The notes beneath the pieces were generated by a model. It made no database searches and was not told the origin of the DNA. It saw only the letters and a list, made by a program, of their open reading frames with translations. A DNA stretch of 63,742 nt, filler included, from Conidiobolus incongruus B7586 (Eukaryota): assembly GCA_000697335.1 (NCBI GenBank). It is 8 parts of 8 records of this genome, joined end to end, with 100 filler letters (N's around TTAATTAATTAA, not from the genome) between each part and the next. Parts side by side here need not be neighbours in the genome. Positions count along the whole stretch, not along the records: positions 1 to 15,836 come from JNEM01006189.1; positions 15,937 to 25,615 come from JNEM01006191.1; positions 25,716 to 32,707 come from JNEM01006193.1; 5 more parts are not named here. One strand, 5' to 3'. Of the stretch, positions 11,291-26,130 are shown piece by piece; position 1 is the first letter of the stretch, and every line of letters starts with the position of its first letter. The position numbers were made by a program, and so were the translations under genes.

Positions 11291-13744
11291 AATTTATTTA
11301 TTACCAAGATTATGGTAACTACTTAATTATTTTAGAGTATAAAATAATAAATTATCATTAACTGTAATCAAATTGTTATAATAAAAATATAAGATAATAT
11401 ATTTAAAATCTATGTCTAAGCTTTGAATTTTACTAATTAACCTGTCAAAATACACTTAACAATAATTCTAATATTTTTTGAAATTAAATATAAAATATCA
11501 GTTATTCAATTTTTCAGTGTGTGCTTTATTATTAATGATATTTTTATTTAATGTAATAAATATTTTACATGACAAATATTCATTTTAAAATAATCTCTAT
11601 TAAATATATATTTTTGATATGAAATATACATATGTTCTAAATTTTCTAATATTTTCGAATATGGTTAAAATAATTGGAACTATAATAATCTAATTTAATA
11701 TTAAATATTTTATTATTTGGTATTCTTTTAAATTTTATAACATTAAAAAATTAACTAGTTTTGTAAATTTATCAATAATTCAAAAAATGATAATAAATTG
11801 TAATAATTTTTTAAAATCAATACTACATCAGATATACATAACATACTCATAATATTATTATATTATTGACAAAAGTATATTAATAGCTAACTATTTAATT
11901 AAAAAATATTTGAAATAATACAAAATGATGAATGAATTTAATATAATGATTGTTTGAAAAATATTTTAACTTTGATTATGATGATACAAAATTGGTAATT
12001 ATATATTGATTACTATTTAATAATTTATATTGAGATGTTATTCTAATAAATGAAAAGATAAATAAATTTTTATTTTAATTTTCATTACAAATTATATTGA
12101 ACTGTAAAATGTATATTTTAAAATAATATGAGTATAGCGAAAAAATTTCTAAATGTTTGTAAAAATGATAATGCTTTTTGATATAAGTTATCACATTATA
12201 AAACTTAAAATAATTAATATTAAATAATAAATTTATCTCATAATTCTGGTATTGTATTAATGTGTTTGCATAAATATTGAAGGTAAATTTTAAATTTCGA
12301 TTTGATTTCATTTTTAAATTTATAAATCATGAGTAATTTTTCCTTGCTCTTTTCAGTTTTTGAAAAATTTTATATGAAAAAATTTAAAATTGTTTATTGG
12401 TTTATTACTTCGTATTATGAATTAATTATTTCAGCCATATATATATATATATCATTTAGCAAAAAATATAATTTATATCATGTACCCGTTATTATTCAAA
12501 TTTCGATGTTCCAAATTTCATAATATTTGATCTATCATCAAATCATGATATATTGTATTTAATATTTTTTATCAAACTTTGAATATGGTTAATTCTAAGA
12601 TGTTACTCTTTATTAACAAATTTTTATATTCGATTCAATATAATATATGAAAATTGAGAAAGAGATATTCAATTGTAGCTGCTATAATACAATATATTAT
12701 ATATAAAAATAATAAATCGAATTGTAGACATTATTATTATAGATTGTGTTGTATTTCAAAAATACCTGTCTGTCTAGATTTGATAGTTAGGCTCACATTA
12801 CCCTCTGCTCATGGTGTAATTGTTAGTCCATAATCAAGTGATACTCTTTAGCTCCTTTATTAGAATTTATTCAAAACCTATGTCACTCACTGAATGAATT
12901 ATTTAAACACCAAAGTGTCAAGAATAACAAAAGTGGTTCTTTTTCTGAATATTCTTCTACAACATCTTAAGAGTAATTTTTGACATACAGTCCTGATATG
13001 TTAAAGAGCAGGATTAATAAATAATTGACTAAATCATATTATAAGTACTTTTCTAACCACAATCTTTGTTTCCCAAAACTTATAAAAACTCAACAATTGT
13101 ATAATTGTATAATTATATAATATTAATTTAAGCTAAAAAGTTAAAAAATTAACCAAATATGATAATTAGATCAGATTTGAAGATGTAAATTTGTTAAAAT
13201 CATCAATATTTTGAAATTAATGAATTTAAATTAGTATTAATGTCAAGTTATTACTCAATACTTATATTTATTAAGAATCAAGTAAAGATTTGAATCAATT
13301 ACTTTCTATATTTCACCCATCTACCATATTTTATTTCAGTAAAAACTGTCTGATAAATATTCTTCTATTTGTCCCAATATTCAAACTAATGTTTAACACT
13401 TTCTATTATCATACAAATTATTATTGGTTTGTAATATGATTTTTCTATTCATCATTTTCAATTGTAAGTATAAATGTTAGAATAATGATTATATAAATAA
13501 AGCTGATAAATCACTATCTTATATATAATATTATACTAATGAATCCATTTTATTATTCCTTCAATCAAATTGTAATGCTATTACAATAAATTTTGGTCTC
13601 GTGTGTTACAGCTCATTTGGTGTTTTCGTTTTGTAATTTAGGTTGTATTTTCAGTATAATGTACAATATTAACAGAAAAATTTACATTCACTGAAAAAAT
13701 AAAGTTTCCTATAAACATTACATATTTATTTAAGATTAAAAAAA

Positions 13745-14211
13745 TCCTATAAAATAAGATAAACAGTAACTCGAATAAGAATTACGAACAATACTATACA
13801 AATTCATGGCATCTGGTAAAATCATCTGCTTCAATTGGTTGAAATCCCTGGTATTGACTCGGAATACTTGGACGTTACATCGATCCACTACTGTTTAACT
13901 TGCTCTTGTTGTTCTGGGGTTAAATGTTGCAAGTTTTCAACAAAGTTTAAAATATTCCCTATCACACTTTGATGCTGCTCCAAATCAAGGTTAACTTCAT
14001 TTATAAATTCATCTTTAGACTTCTTGGCAAGTGATTGAATTTGAACATAAATTTGCTCAGCATTTATGTAAGTATGAAAATCAAATTTAGTTTCTAATTT
14101 TCTCAGGAATGAACACAACTTTATTACTATTACTTCTGACGTGCTGTGAATAGGATTAGCAATAACTGTGCTATTTGCCATAATCAAAGTGGAGAATGAA
14201 TTGAACCTCAT
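13745..14211 (-). pseudogene. Pseudogene of the secreted family, copy 6
   Basis: Reads MRFNSF...YINAEQIYVQIQSLAK...LTPEQ, then TAG replaces the first W of the conserved WW (13888-13890). Homology continues (WIDVTSKYS; after a frameshift NQLKQMILPD) to a further stop. The 3' boundary is approximate. Confidence 0.8.
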
Positions 14212-15329
14212 TTTTATTATCAGCATAATAAATTATATTTTTTAATTGAAGATTAAACTATTTACCATAAAAATCTCAATTAAAATTCTTAGAATTTTAA
14301 TCACTTGATTATTTTATCTTAATTTGGCCAACTTTGGTATTTAGAGAACTTGAATAATTTATTCAATATTTTTGATGTGGATATATATATATATATATAT
14401 ATCAAGAAACACTAATATTAATATAATTTTATAAGAGTTACTGTTATAAGAAAAATAAATCTTATTGAAGTAAATTTAAATTTTTAAATGTAATTTATAA
14501 TCAATAAATTTCGACTTTTTAGAACCACCGAATATCTTTTAAGGTTTTGATAATATATTCCTTGAAGTACTTTATCTACAAAGCTCAATTATTAATTGGA
14601 CAGATGCAAATTTATAGAGATTTTGTAAATAATAGTGACATTATTATAATATATTTAATCAAAATTTATTTTCTAATTTTTGCTATTTTAAATTTCAACA
14701 ATATTGATTTTCAAAATATATATGGCATTTTGAATTCCAATATTTAATCAGTTGACTATTTACATTAATTGATACTTCAATGGGTTATTACATATAAGTC
14801 TCTCATCACAAATATCTATTCCAAAACTCAAATATCTTTAATTTTTTTAATTTTATACTAATTTTTATGATTGATATTCTCTTACTTAAAAGTATCGAAA
14901 ATATTTTATAGTATTTGAAATAGAATTTTTTTATGAATATATTTTATCTAAAAGAATTTCATAATTCTACTTAATGAAAATTATATTTTTGATAAATTTG
15001 AGAACTTATGATTATTTTTAATTTCATATTTTACGAATTTCTAGTAAAAATGATATAATAATTATATTAAAATCTATTCTTTATACTAATCAGATTTTGA
15101 AAAAAAATTATATGATTATTCATTTATTATCTTATATTACCTATATTATTTGATTTAAAAAATTTTTTAATTTTAAAATTTGATAATTAAATAAATAAAT
15201 AAATTAGTATAAAAAATAAACTATAAAGTTAAATTCACTTATTTATTTATAATTTAACCAATTTTTAATCAAACCCAGTTAAACTAGATTGAATAATTTA
15301 AGTATATTATTTTATTATAACTATATTTA

Positions 15330-15720
15330 TGTAAGTGTAGTGGTAGTTAAACCAATATAATATAGAGGAAGACTTAATATAAAAGTAATTTGGCACAAAA
15401 TATGGTGTGGTAATATGAGATGTAATGTGCAAATATAAACAAAGTTTAATTAAGCTTCAAACTGAGATGAGTCACTAATATATTAAGATTTATATTAGGC
15501 AGTGCTAATATATTATAGTATTAATAGAATGTAGTATTAATTTTAGAAGTAGTGTAAAAGATAAGAGATAGTAAGAATTGAGAAAAAAATCCTTATTTAT
15601 TAAATAATTTAATATTATTTATATAATTTAGTAATAAAAATATAAATTAATTATATGATTTATAGTTAATTGAATTATAAAGCAATATATATAAGAATTT
15701 AAAGAATTAGTCTCTTAATA
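15330..15720 (-). mobile_element. Solo LTR of the Ty3/Gypsy family found at 34-43.4 kb
   Basis: Aligns end to end with LTRs 37722-38120 and 43021-43416. Starts TGTAAG and is flanked by a perfect 5-bp TSD ATTTA (15325-15329 and 15721-15725). Confidence 0.9.
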
Positions 15721-15836
15721 ATTTAACTATATTTTATTATCTATTGGTTAATATTTTAAAACTTAAAATTTAATTAGGGTAAATTATAAATTTCTAGATT
15801 AATAAGTTAATAAGGTATATATAATCAAATTTATAT

Positions 15837-15936
15837 NNNNNNNNNNNNNNNNNNNNNNNNNNNNNNNNNNNNNNNNNNNNTTAATTAATTAANNNNNNNN
15901 NNNNNNNNNNNNNNNNNNNNNNNNNNNNNNNNNNNN
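15837..15936. other. Artificial contig spacer
   Basis: N44 + TTAATTAATTAA (stop in all six frames) + N44. Confidence 0.97.
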
Positions 15937-16432
15937 ATTCGCAGTAACTCTACGGCTTACAGAGAGTTATCCGTTGCAGCCTTCTCCGTTTACTTTTATG
16001 TGTATTCTTTACCTGTTCTACTTTGGGGTATTACCAAGTATTTCGATTGCCAGCCTAATTTATTAGAATTTTTCACTTTTTACGGCTATTCTTTAACGGT
16101 TTGGCTTCCTGCTATTGTAAGTTTAATATAATATTATTTCGATATATTTGTATTAATCCATTGTAATTTTAGTTATTATGTATTATTCCCGTAACTGCTG
16201 TCAATTGGGTAGTATTGTTTTTAGCTTGTGGTTCATCAGGTAAATTTGAGTAATTCTATATCAATTATCACTTTATTAAGGTTATTTAGCATTTTTCATG
16301 TACCAATGCTTGGATAACACTTTATTGAATTCCAACAATAAGATGGCAAGACTGTCAGTTTTGGGACTTATGGCTATCGCTAATGTAGTATTCACTTTAA
16401 TTATTAAATTTAGTATATTGTATTCAATATAA
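15937..16432 (+). CDS. Yip1-domain Golgi membrane protein (YIPF1/2-like), 5' part lost in gap
   Basis: Manual splice 15937-16116, 16173-16239, 16290-16432 gives ...LPVLLWGITKYF...LLEFFTFYGYSLTVWLPAILLCIIP... The YGYS motif and hydrophobic helices match the Yip1 domain. Missed by the ORF track. Confidence 0.8.
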
Positions 16433-16693
16433 ACTTAATTCAGATATAACATTAATATTAATAAACAAAATTATAATGAAATTATTGCAATTATAGATTA
16501 TAATCTAAAAAATTATTAGATATTTAAATATTGGACACAATGAAATATAAATTAAATTCGTTTAAATTACTAAATTATAATTTTAAAAATTTTTTGTTTT
16601 AATAATTAAAGAATCAATAAACATACCAAATTATGCTAAATTTATTTAACTTTTAATCAGTTTCTAATTTTTTTTTAAATTAACAAATTGAGT

Positions 16694-16707
16694 ATAATCC
16701 CATAAAT
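16694..16707 (+). promoter_or_regulatory. ATAATCCCATAA upstream motif (also 23101-23114 -, 23127-23135 +, 24876-24888 -)
   Basis: Same orientation and ~85-105 bp upstream of the ATG in CDK8, CWF18, ELP6 and PAM18. Confidence 0.55.
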
Positions 16708-16799
16708 ATTCAATTTTAATATAAAAATCTAATAATTAATTAATACCAGTCATTAATTCAAATCTAATTCTAATATCCAAATTAAATTCTAATCAATTT

Positions 16800-18403
<1,604 letters not shown>

Positions 18404-20567
18404 TTCATTTAATTTTTTCCAGATTTTCTAATAACACTTGTGTAATAAAGTAATTAAATACAAATACCTTTAATATTTAATATTCACCAAATTAAAGTTA
18501 TACATGTATATATTTATTGGGTTATCAAAAAAGTTCTTGGAATACTTACTTTGAGATAGTGTAATTCAGTGCTTGGACAATATATCAACTTGAATATTTT
18601 GAAACAAAGCTTGTACCTTATTTCACATAAATCGATTAGGTTAAATATAAATATCAATAGTGAACTTCACAATCCTCGATTGAGAGCATATTTTTTTGCA
18701 TAACTGAATCGTAAATATACTTAATCAAAAGTCTTTCATCAAATCTTTTTATTTTTAAATAAACTTGCTAGAAAATTCATTATGATTTAGTGTATATATA
18801 TGAGAAAGGAATTTTTTTCTCTTGGCAATATTTTTTGTTGGATCAATTGGTTTAATATAGAGTAATAGTTTATAAAAGACAATTCTAGAACTAGTTATCG
18901 AAGATCAATCGTTATTAGAAAAAATATTTAGTCCATAAAGTTATATAAAAAATCCCTATTTATTATCGAGAGATATATTTAGAAGATCAAATGTTAATGG
19001 TAGATTTATTCTATATTAAAAGGAGATCTAAGGTAGGAAAATCAAACACCAAATGGATGGCAAAATATTGTTAGTTTTTCAAAAAAAATACAAAGAGTAA
19101 ATATACCATCTCAAATGCTCAATAGATATAAAGCAAATACTAGGCTACTAATAAAAACAATAGTTATTAATGAAACATGATATCCACTGTAAATATCATT
19201 ATCTTATCAGAAATTAGAAAATAGGTAAAGATTTAAATCTCCAGTACTATTCCTTTATAAACTCAAAAATTCTAAAATTTTTAAATTCCTTGGTATAGAA
19301 TTTAAAGATATTTGCTGTGAATTATTATACCACAAGGAATCACCATGAATAGTATAATACATAGTATATTTTCAAAGAGCCATACAGCAAAATGGTGTTT
19401 ATTTTATTGGATTCAAAGGTCTCTAATCATTCATAATTATACCAAATCTTATAAAAAAACATTACCACAACCCTTATTAAATCAAAGATATGGACTTTAT
19501 TACCACACCCACCATGCTCTCTAGATATCAATCTCTCCAATTTCAAGAATTTGGGTCTATTAAAGGACTTATATGTTGGAAACCATTTTAAAATTTCAAT
19601 ATTATTTTACAAAATTGAATAAATCAATTAAATTGCTTAATAAATAAGGTATTTTTAATAGAGTTAGACAACTTCTAAAAGTTTGGAAATATACTATATC
19701 AAATAAAAGAAACTATTATTAGTATTAGTATTATTATATATCAATTTTTTATTAACATTTAAATCGATTTTAAAATATGATTTGAATTTTTTAAAAGTAT
19801 ATTTCAAAACTTAATGGAAGATATTATATCTAATATTATTTAATGGATGCCTTATCTGTTATTATCAACTAATAAAAATGATTTAAAAGTAATTATACAA
19901 CTTGAAAGGACTTTTAAATAAGTCAGCTATTTATTAAATAACTATTCGTGTAGTTTCATATATTATTTTGAAAATTTGATTAGATAGTTTAATCACCATA
20001 TCGAAATATTATATCAATTCGATTGATATTAGTGATTATATTGATTATCTTTATTGATGATTTCATCAAATATTGATTAATGCAATAGAATATAAAATTA
20101 AATATTGTGGTGTTCGTTGGATTTATTATATTACATCAATAGTTTTAATATATTCAAAATCTATCATCATAAGATATATGAAACTTACTAAATGTTGAAA
20201 GAGATCACCACCTTTAATTTGGCTGAGTTTGTTTTAGATTTTAATTAGCAAATCAAATTAGCAATAGAAATGTGCCTCAATTTATAACATTGATCCTTAT
20301 AACTAAATTCGTAATTAGTGGACTTTGTAAACTGATTAATGTGTCATAAAAACAGGGAGGGTTCTTATAACGTTTTATAATAATGGACAAATATAGATTA
20401 ATATGTTTTTGGAATATATATTTTATAGTGATTAAATTTATATATATCGGGAGTAAAATTTGGAAATAGAACTGATTGGATTAAGGCTAATACGGCCCAT
20501 TTTTCTATAATATATAAACGACTTGAGAATGTTCATAACATTCCATTTGGATGAATATTAATAAAAA

Positions 20568-21390
20568 ATGATGCGCTATCAATTCGTCACGATGACATTG
20601 CATCCTACTCAGCCTTATTACCTATCGGGAGATAAGATCAAACTCATTATCAAAATATGCTACAATAGGAAACAAAATCCCAAGATTGAGTTAAAGTACA
20701 GAGAATTTAAAATCACTTTTGAAGGTTTGCAAATTATTAAGTATACAAAGCCTTTGAGGTATAAGGAGAAGTATTTGTGTAATTTGAGAGATTTTATTCA
20801 TGATAATCAGCATACTTTGAGCAAAGAGGGTGAATGCGACCCGAATGGTTGGTTTTTGATGGATGAAGGCAATTATAATATACCTTTTGAGATCAAGTTA
20901 CCAGAGAATTTACCACCTAATTTTTATCATAATTTTAATGAAGATGTATTGCATATTAAATATACTTTTAAATGGTAATTTATTATATGATGATATATAT
21001 TAAGTATATTCAATGATTTTGTAGTTCTTTAGAATTGAAAAATTTCAACGATATTTTAACTCCTTTAAATAATGAATTACCCGTTACTATATTACCTAGG
21101 TATTCGATATCGTCACAATTGATGGATACCCTGTTACACAATCATCAGTCAACACAATTACAAACAGGGGATTTGAGAGTCACTTTAGAGTTAGATAGAG
21201 AAGCATACTTAACAGGTCAAACCATCTACTGTGGTTTAAGTTTTACAAATATTAAATTGAGTAGAAGTGATCAGGTCAGATTGTGTTTAAAAGAAATTTT
21301 ACAATATCAACCAAATCCTGCAGATGGTGTAGAGAGAAAAAATTTAATACCTCAAGGTAATTCATATTAAAATATAGCTATATTTATTGC

Positions 21391-21425
<35 letters not shown>

Positions 21426-22439
21426 GATTATTGGATCACTCAGTCTAGAGTAGTTGTGAAAACAAAACTCAGTCACAAAACCACACCAACCAGTGTGACG
21501 ATGAGCATGCCTCCCATTAAACAGTATATCATTCCTCTGCCTTTGCCAACTAAATTAACACCTACCTTTGAATCATCTCTCATGCGACTTTCATACACTA
21601 TCAGCTTGAAATTCAACGAATACGATTTACATTTGCCCATTGCCATTTACAAACCTACCTCTCTGAATCAAAATCCCCTTTTGACGCTCAAAGACAATTT
21701 AATAGTCACACAACCACAACCATTTGCCGAGCATCGTGTGCACAAAGTATACGAATTGAATACCGAGTCATTCAACCTTCCAACTCATCATCCTGATAAC
21801 CATCATTCAGACTGGATTACAAGCCAGCTGTATTCACAGGGAATTGAGCCTTTGAAGAAGTCGCCAGAGCTAATCATTCCATTTACCCAGAGTCCTGAAA
21901 CACAATCACCAACCACATCGAACACATCATCTCTGACTTTATCGCCACAGTCATCAGTAATTCAGCCTGGCAAGCTCAAGGGAACATCCAAAGATGGAAA
22001 GAAAGATGGAACGAATTCGGTTGATCCAACTAAATTCTACTACCAGTACGAGCCAGGATCGCTGCCTCAGCCTAATCGAGGATGGAACTGGAACAATTTG
22101 ACTTTGAAATCTTTGGACGAGAGTTTTGTTTATAAGCCCAAAGAATCTGAGGAGCGGGCATTGCCATCAAGAGCATCAGGATCAACAAGCACCACTCAGA
22201 CTGAGGGCTTAATGCTACAGTTTGAAGATTTAGTCAGCCCCACACATTCCTCCACTACAGGCACATCGGTGACATTGACCAATAACAACGTACAAATATC
22301 CGACCTCAAATCACCGCCTCTGAAAGCGAGTGTATCCAGTATCAAACCCGTGCACACTTTAAGAAAATCCAAAGGTACGTTAAATTTATCGCCAACGCGA
22401 TCTACATTCAGTTTCAACATCAATCAAGCAATATATTAA
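20568..22439 (+). CDS. Alpha-arrestin-like protein (arrestin N and C domains, long S/T/P-rich tail)
   Basis: Exons 20568-20974, 21025-21356 and 21427-22439 splice in frame. YLSGDKI, GNYNIPFEIKLPENLPP, IKYT, LDREAYLTGQTI and LTPTF...LSYTI match arrestin-fold patterns. Confidence 0.75.
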
Positions 22440-22484
22440 CAATAATAATTATGCAAAATACAATAAACAATTAATTTATTCCAT

Positions 22485-23015
22485 CTATTTATTCTCATTA
22501 CCATTAGTTAATCTAACTTTAATCAATTCGATAATCTTCCTCTGTGTCTGCTTATTGAGTTTCTTCATTCTCTTTTCGAGATCCGCCTTCAAATCCCATT
22601 CCAATTGCGCTGGAGCGAGTGCAATCACGTCTAATTCACTCTGTAATTTACTCTGATGTGCTTCAATAATAGGTTTTTCAATATTTTCAACTTGTCTTTC
22701 AACAGTTGTCGACTCAGTTTGATTATTGTCCAATTTGCGAAGTTTACTCTGAGGTATTTCGAACCCTTCGTCATCCCTCCTAGACTCCTCAGTCTCAATT
22801 GTTTCTACTTCGGTCTCTTCAGTCTGAGTTTCATCATTAGTCTGAGATAAATTACTTATAGCTATTAATTCAGGGTTGGTAGGTTCATAATTACGAAATT
22901 TTAAAATAGGTATCTCTTGCTCTACTTCGTCATTATCGAATTCGTTATCAATTTGATTCTTTCTATTTAATAAATTTTTTAATTTTGATAATCTGTCACT
23001 TGAAGGAGATGCCAT
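22485..23015 (-). CDS. cwf18: Splicing factor Cwf18/CCDC12 family
   Basis: LKFRNYEP, LAPxxxxWDLK and C-terminal TQRKIIELI coiled coil. Confidence 0.85.
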   Translation of the reverse strand: MASPSSDRLSKLKNLLNRKNQIDNEFDNDEVEQEIPILKFRNYEPTNPELIAISNLSQTNDETQTEETEVETIETEESRRDDEGFEIPQSKLRKLDNNQTESTTVERQVENIEKPIIEAHQSKLQSELDVIALAPAQLEWDLKADLEKRMKKLNKQTQRKIIELIKVRLTNGNENK

Positions 23016-23220
23016 ATTCAGTTTTATTTTTTATTGAAATATTTATATAGTTGAGTGATTGCATGCTTTGTAAATTTAAAAATCTGAAATGAACAGTAGA
23101 ATTTATGGGATTATTCAACATTTTGGTCCCATAATTGTCTTTATTTGATTTATATTAAACATTTATTATACCAGGACATTGACATATATTATTACAATAA
23201 AACAATAGCAACAAAACCAA

Positions 23221-24224
23221 ATGACATCTACTACATCATCAGACCGTCGTGTATTAGGCTATCCAAGTCTTAACAATATTCTAAACTGGGAGGACGGGAT
23301 CCCCAAACCCCAAACCAATTTACTCCTCATAGACAGCTATGCCACGGAAGCTAACTTCTTATTCAACCACTTTATTATCAACTATATTCAAACCAAACAC
23401 TCTGTCATATTTGTAGGGTTCAAAAATATATTCAATCATTATAATTTGATATTGAAGAAGATGGTAATTTTAATACTTATGTATATATTTTTGTTTATTA
23501 ATTTTTGTGTTAGGGTTGTAATTTAACACTTGCAAAGAAGTCCAATTTATTTTATTTCGTGGATGGATTGACTCAATTATCATCAACTGGTCCACTTGAG
23601 GCTGACGGTGCTAACGTAGATTTAACGCTTCAACTAGACTCCGATAAAGATCAAATACTCAGTTTAATGACTCAAAAATTAATTAAATTGATTCAAAGTG
23701 CTGCTAATAGTAGTCCAAATGGCCAATTGGGGGCTTTGATGATTGATGACTTGAGTACTTTATTAAATTGTGGGGTGGACCCTATTAAAATTATTAATAT
23801 GTTGAAGTTGCTCAAAATAGAACTCAACAAAGTAGGTTTATTTAATTTATGATTAATTATAATGGTATTGATTCATTATTTAGGTTGGAAGTAGTTTAAT
23901 AGTATTGATTCATGGAGATAAAGAGCTTAGTGAAGATGCTAATCATTTCAAATTCATTCAATTGATTATGAACCAATTTATGATATGGCTCAAAGTTGAG
24001 CCATTGCCTTCAGGTTACTCTAGGGATGTTGATGGTCAAGTAGGTTAATTTATTATAATATCAAAAGAATTATAACGAATTAACATATACTATAGTTGAG
24101 TATTTATAGAGGATATCAATATTATCAAAGTCCAACCAAAGTTGAGCCGAATTTAGTTCATTTCCAATTGAAAGATACTACGGTAGAATTTTTCAATAGA
24201 GGAACTTCTAAGAATGTGCTTTAA
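23221..24224 (+). CDS. ELP6: Elongator complex protein 6
   Basis: Four exons. LLLIDSxxTEANFLFNHFI, LMIDDLSTLL, VEPLPSGYSRDVDGQ, C-terminal VEFFNRG. Confidence 0.8.
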
Positions 24225-24386
24225 ATTATATAGAAAATTTTTTATTAATATATTTGTTAATAATAAAGAAAATTATAAAAGATAAAAAACAGTCTTTAAT
24301 GCTATTTAAATATATATAATATATAATATATATTAATAAATAATCATAGTAGTTTAATAAATTAAAAGGATTAATACAGTCTAATT

Positions 24387-24775
24387 TTAACGTCTCTTAT
24401 TCTCCAAAAAATCTTTAGCTTCGTTAATTTTACTGGCAATATAGGGGGAGCCGCCTCTATCAGGATGGTTTATCAACATAATTTTGCGGTGAGCGGTCTT
24501 AATTTTATCACTGGTTAAACCACTCTCCTTTAAACCCAAAATAGCGGCAGCTTCTCTGCGACTCATTTGAGCGTCGAAACCTCCCTTTAAAAACTTGGAA
24601 GCTCCACCAACTGCTCCTCCTGCCCTCTTTTGAAATTCTTTCATAGCAGCTCTTGCTAAAATGGCACCACCAGCTATTCCTGCACCGATTAAAAATGGAG
24701 ATGACTATTTGAGTATTGAATTAGTAAATTTTCTGATTATTTTTAGATTTTAATATTTCTATTTGAATTTACCAT
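24387..24775 (-). CDS. PAM18: Mitochondrial import motor J-protein Pam18/Tim14
   Basis: ATG at 24775-24773, intron 24772-24705, then SSPFLIGAGIAGGAILARAA...GGFDAQMSRREAAAILG...HRKIMLINHPDRGGSPYIASKINEAKD. Confidence 0.93.
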
Positions 24776-25615
24776 GTTTAAAAAATTTATTTTTTATTTA
24801 AAAAAAAAGAATTAATAATATTATTAATATCCTAAAATCAATTAAAATATTTATAAAAATTAATCTTTGATATAAATTATGGGATTATCAATCCAAATCA
24901 TTTTCTAGAATGTTTTTGATTTTGTAAAAATGAATTGAAATTAATTTCATATAAAATTATTTAAATCATTAAAACTTAAAATAATAGAAAAATACTAAAT
25001 ATTTATCTAAATAAATATTATGAAATTATAGTAATTAGTTATTACCATACTTGGTATTTCGGTTACTAATAAATTTAAATTTCAATTGAAAATATTGATA
25101 AATTTTGATAATTACCAAATTAAAAAAAAATAATATTTCCAAATCATTTTCAAAGATATAATATAATTTATTATATCAATTCTATTCATTGTTTTGATAT
25201 ATATTTGATTCCAATGATGATTCATTTGTAAATAAATTAACTAACTTATTAATAATGTTCAATAATACATATTAGTAAAATAATTGATATTTATAATATT
25301 AGAAAAAATAAATGAAATATAAAATAATTAAATTTTCAAGCTTATAAAGAATAAAAATATAATCTTTTGAGATATTAATATACCTGAAATTTAATTATTC
25401 CAAGAATATATTAAATTCTTTGAAAATATCATATTTTATATTTAAATATCCATTTAAATTCAAAAATATCATCTATTTTTGATATAATAATAGAATCAAT
25501 TAAATTAGTCATATTAAATAAATATTATTTAATTATTATATTATAATTGAAGAGATAGGAAATTTTTTAATTTTGTATTTTTTAAAAATATTATTAATTT
25601 TAAAAAAATAATATA

Positions 25616-25715
25616 NNNNNNNNNNNNNNNNNNNNNNNNNNNNNNNNNNNNNNNNNNNNTTAATTAATTAANNNNNNNNNNNNNNNNNNNNNNNNNNNNN
25701 NNNNNNNNNNNNNNN
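25616..25715. other. Artificial contig spacer
   Basis: N44-TTAATTAATTAA-N44. Confidence 0.97.
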
Positions 25716-26130
25716 AAAAAATAAATCAAGATGTTAAATTAAGCTAAATTAACTCCTTTTATAAATTCCTTTAAATATATATTTTTTTATAAGTAAATAT
25801 TAATTATTATATTAGATTATTATAATATATGTTATTTTTAATTAATATCTTAAGGAAAATTAATAAATAATAAAATTATATTATTTATCTAAATAAAACT
25901 TTTTTTAATTAATATTTTTAATATAATTAAAAAAAATATAATTATATATAGCAATTATAAGATATATAAAATCAAAATTATAAAAAATTTTTTAATTATT
26001 TTTAATTAAAAAAAATACCATATTTAATATATTTTATAGATTATTATTTATTTTATTATAATTGTTTTAGGTAATTAAAAACCAGCTTATAAGAAAGAAA
26101 ATTTTTATTAAAAAATTTAATTATTATATA
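25716..26130. repeat. Degenerate AT-rich interspersed repeat, uninterrupted homologue of 37463-37721 plus 43417-43585
   Basis: Shared anchors aaattaactccttttataaat and ttataattgtttt, with colinear similarity to both flanks of the Gypsy element. Confidence 0.7.

Noticed and set aside
6420..14747. Short I/F/Y/K/N-rich ORFs (6420-6611, 12075-12311, 12329-12523, 14547-14747)
   Set aside because: Composition expected from random AT-rich DNA.
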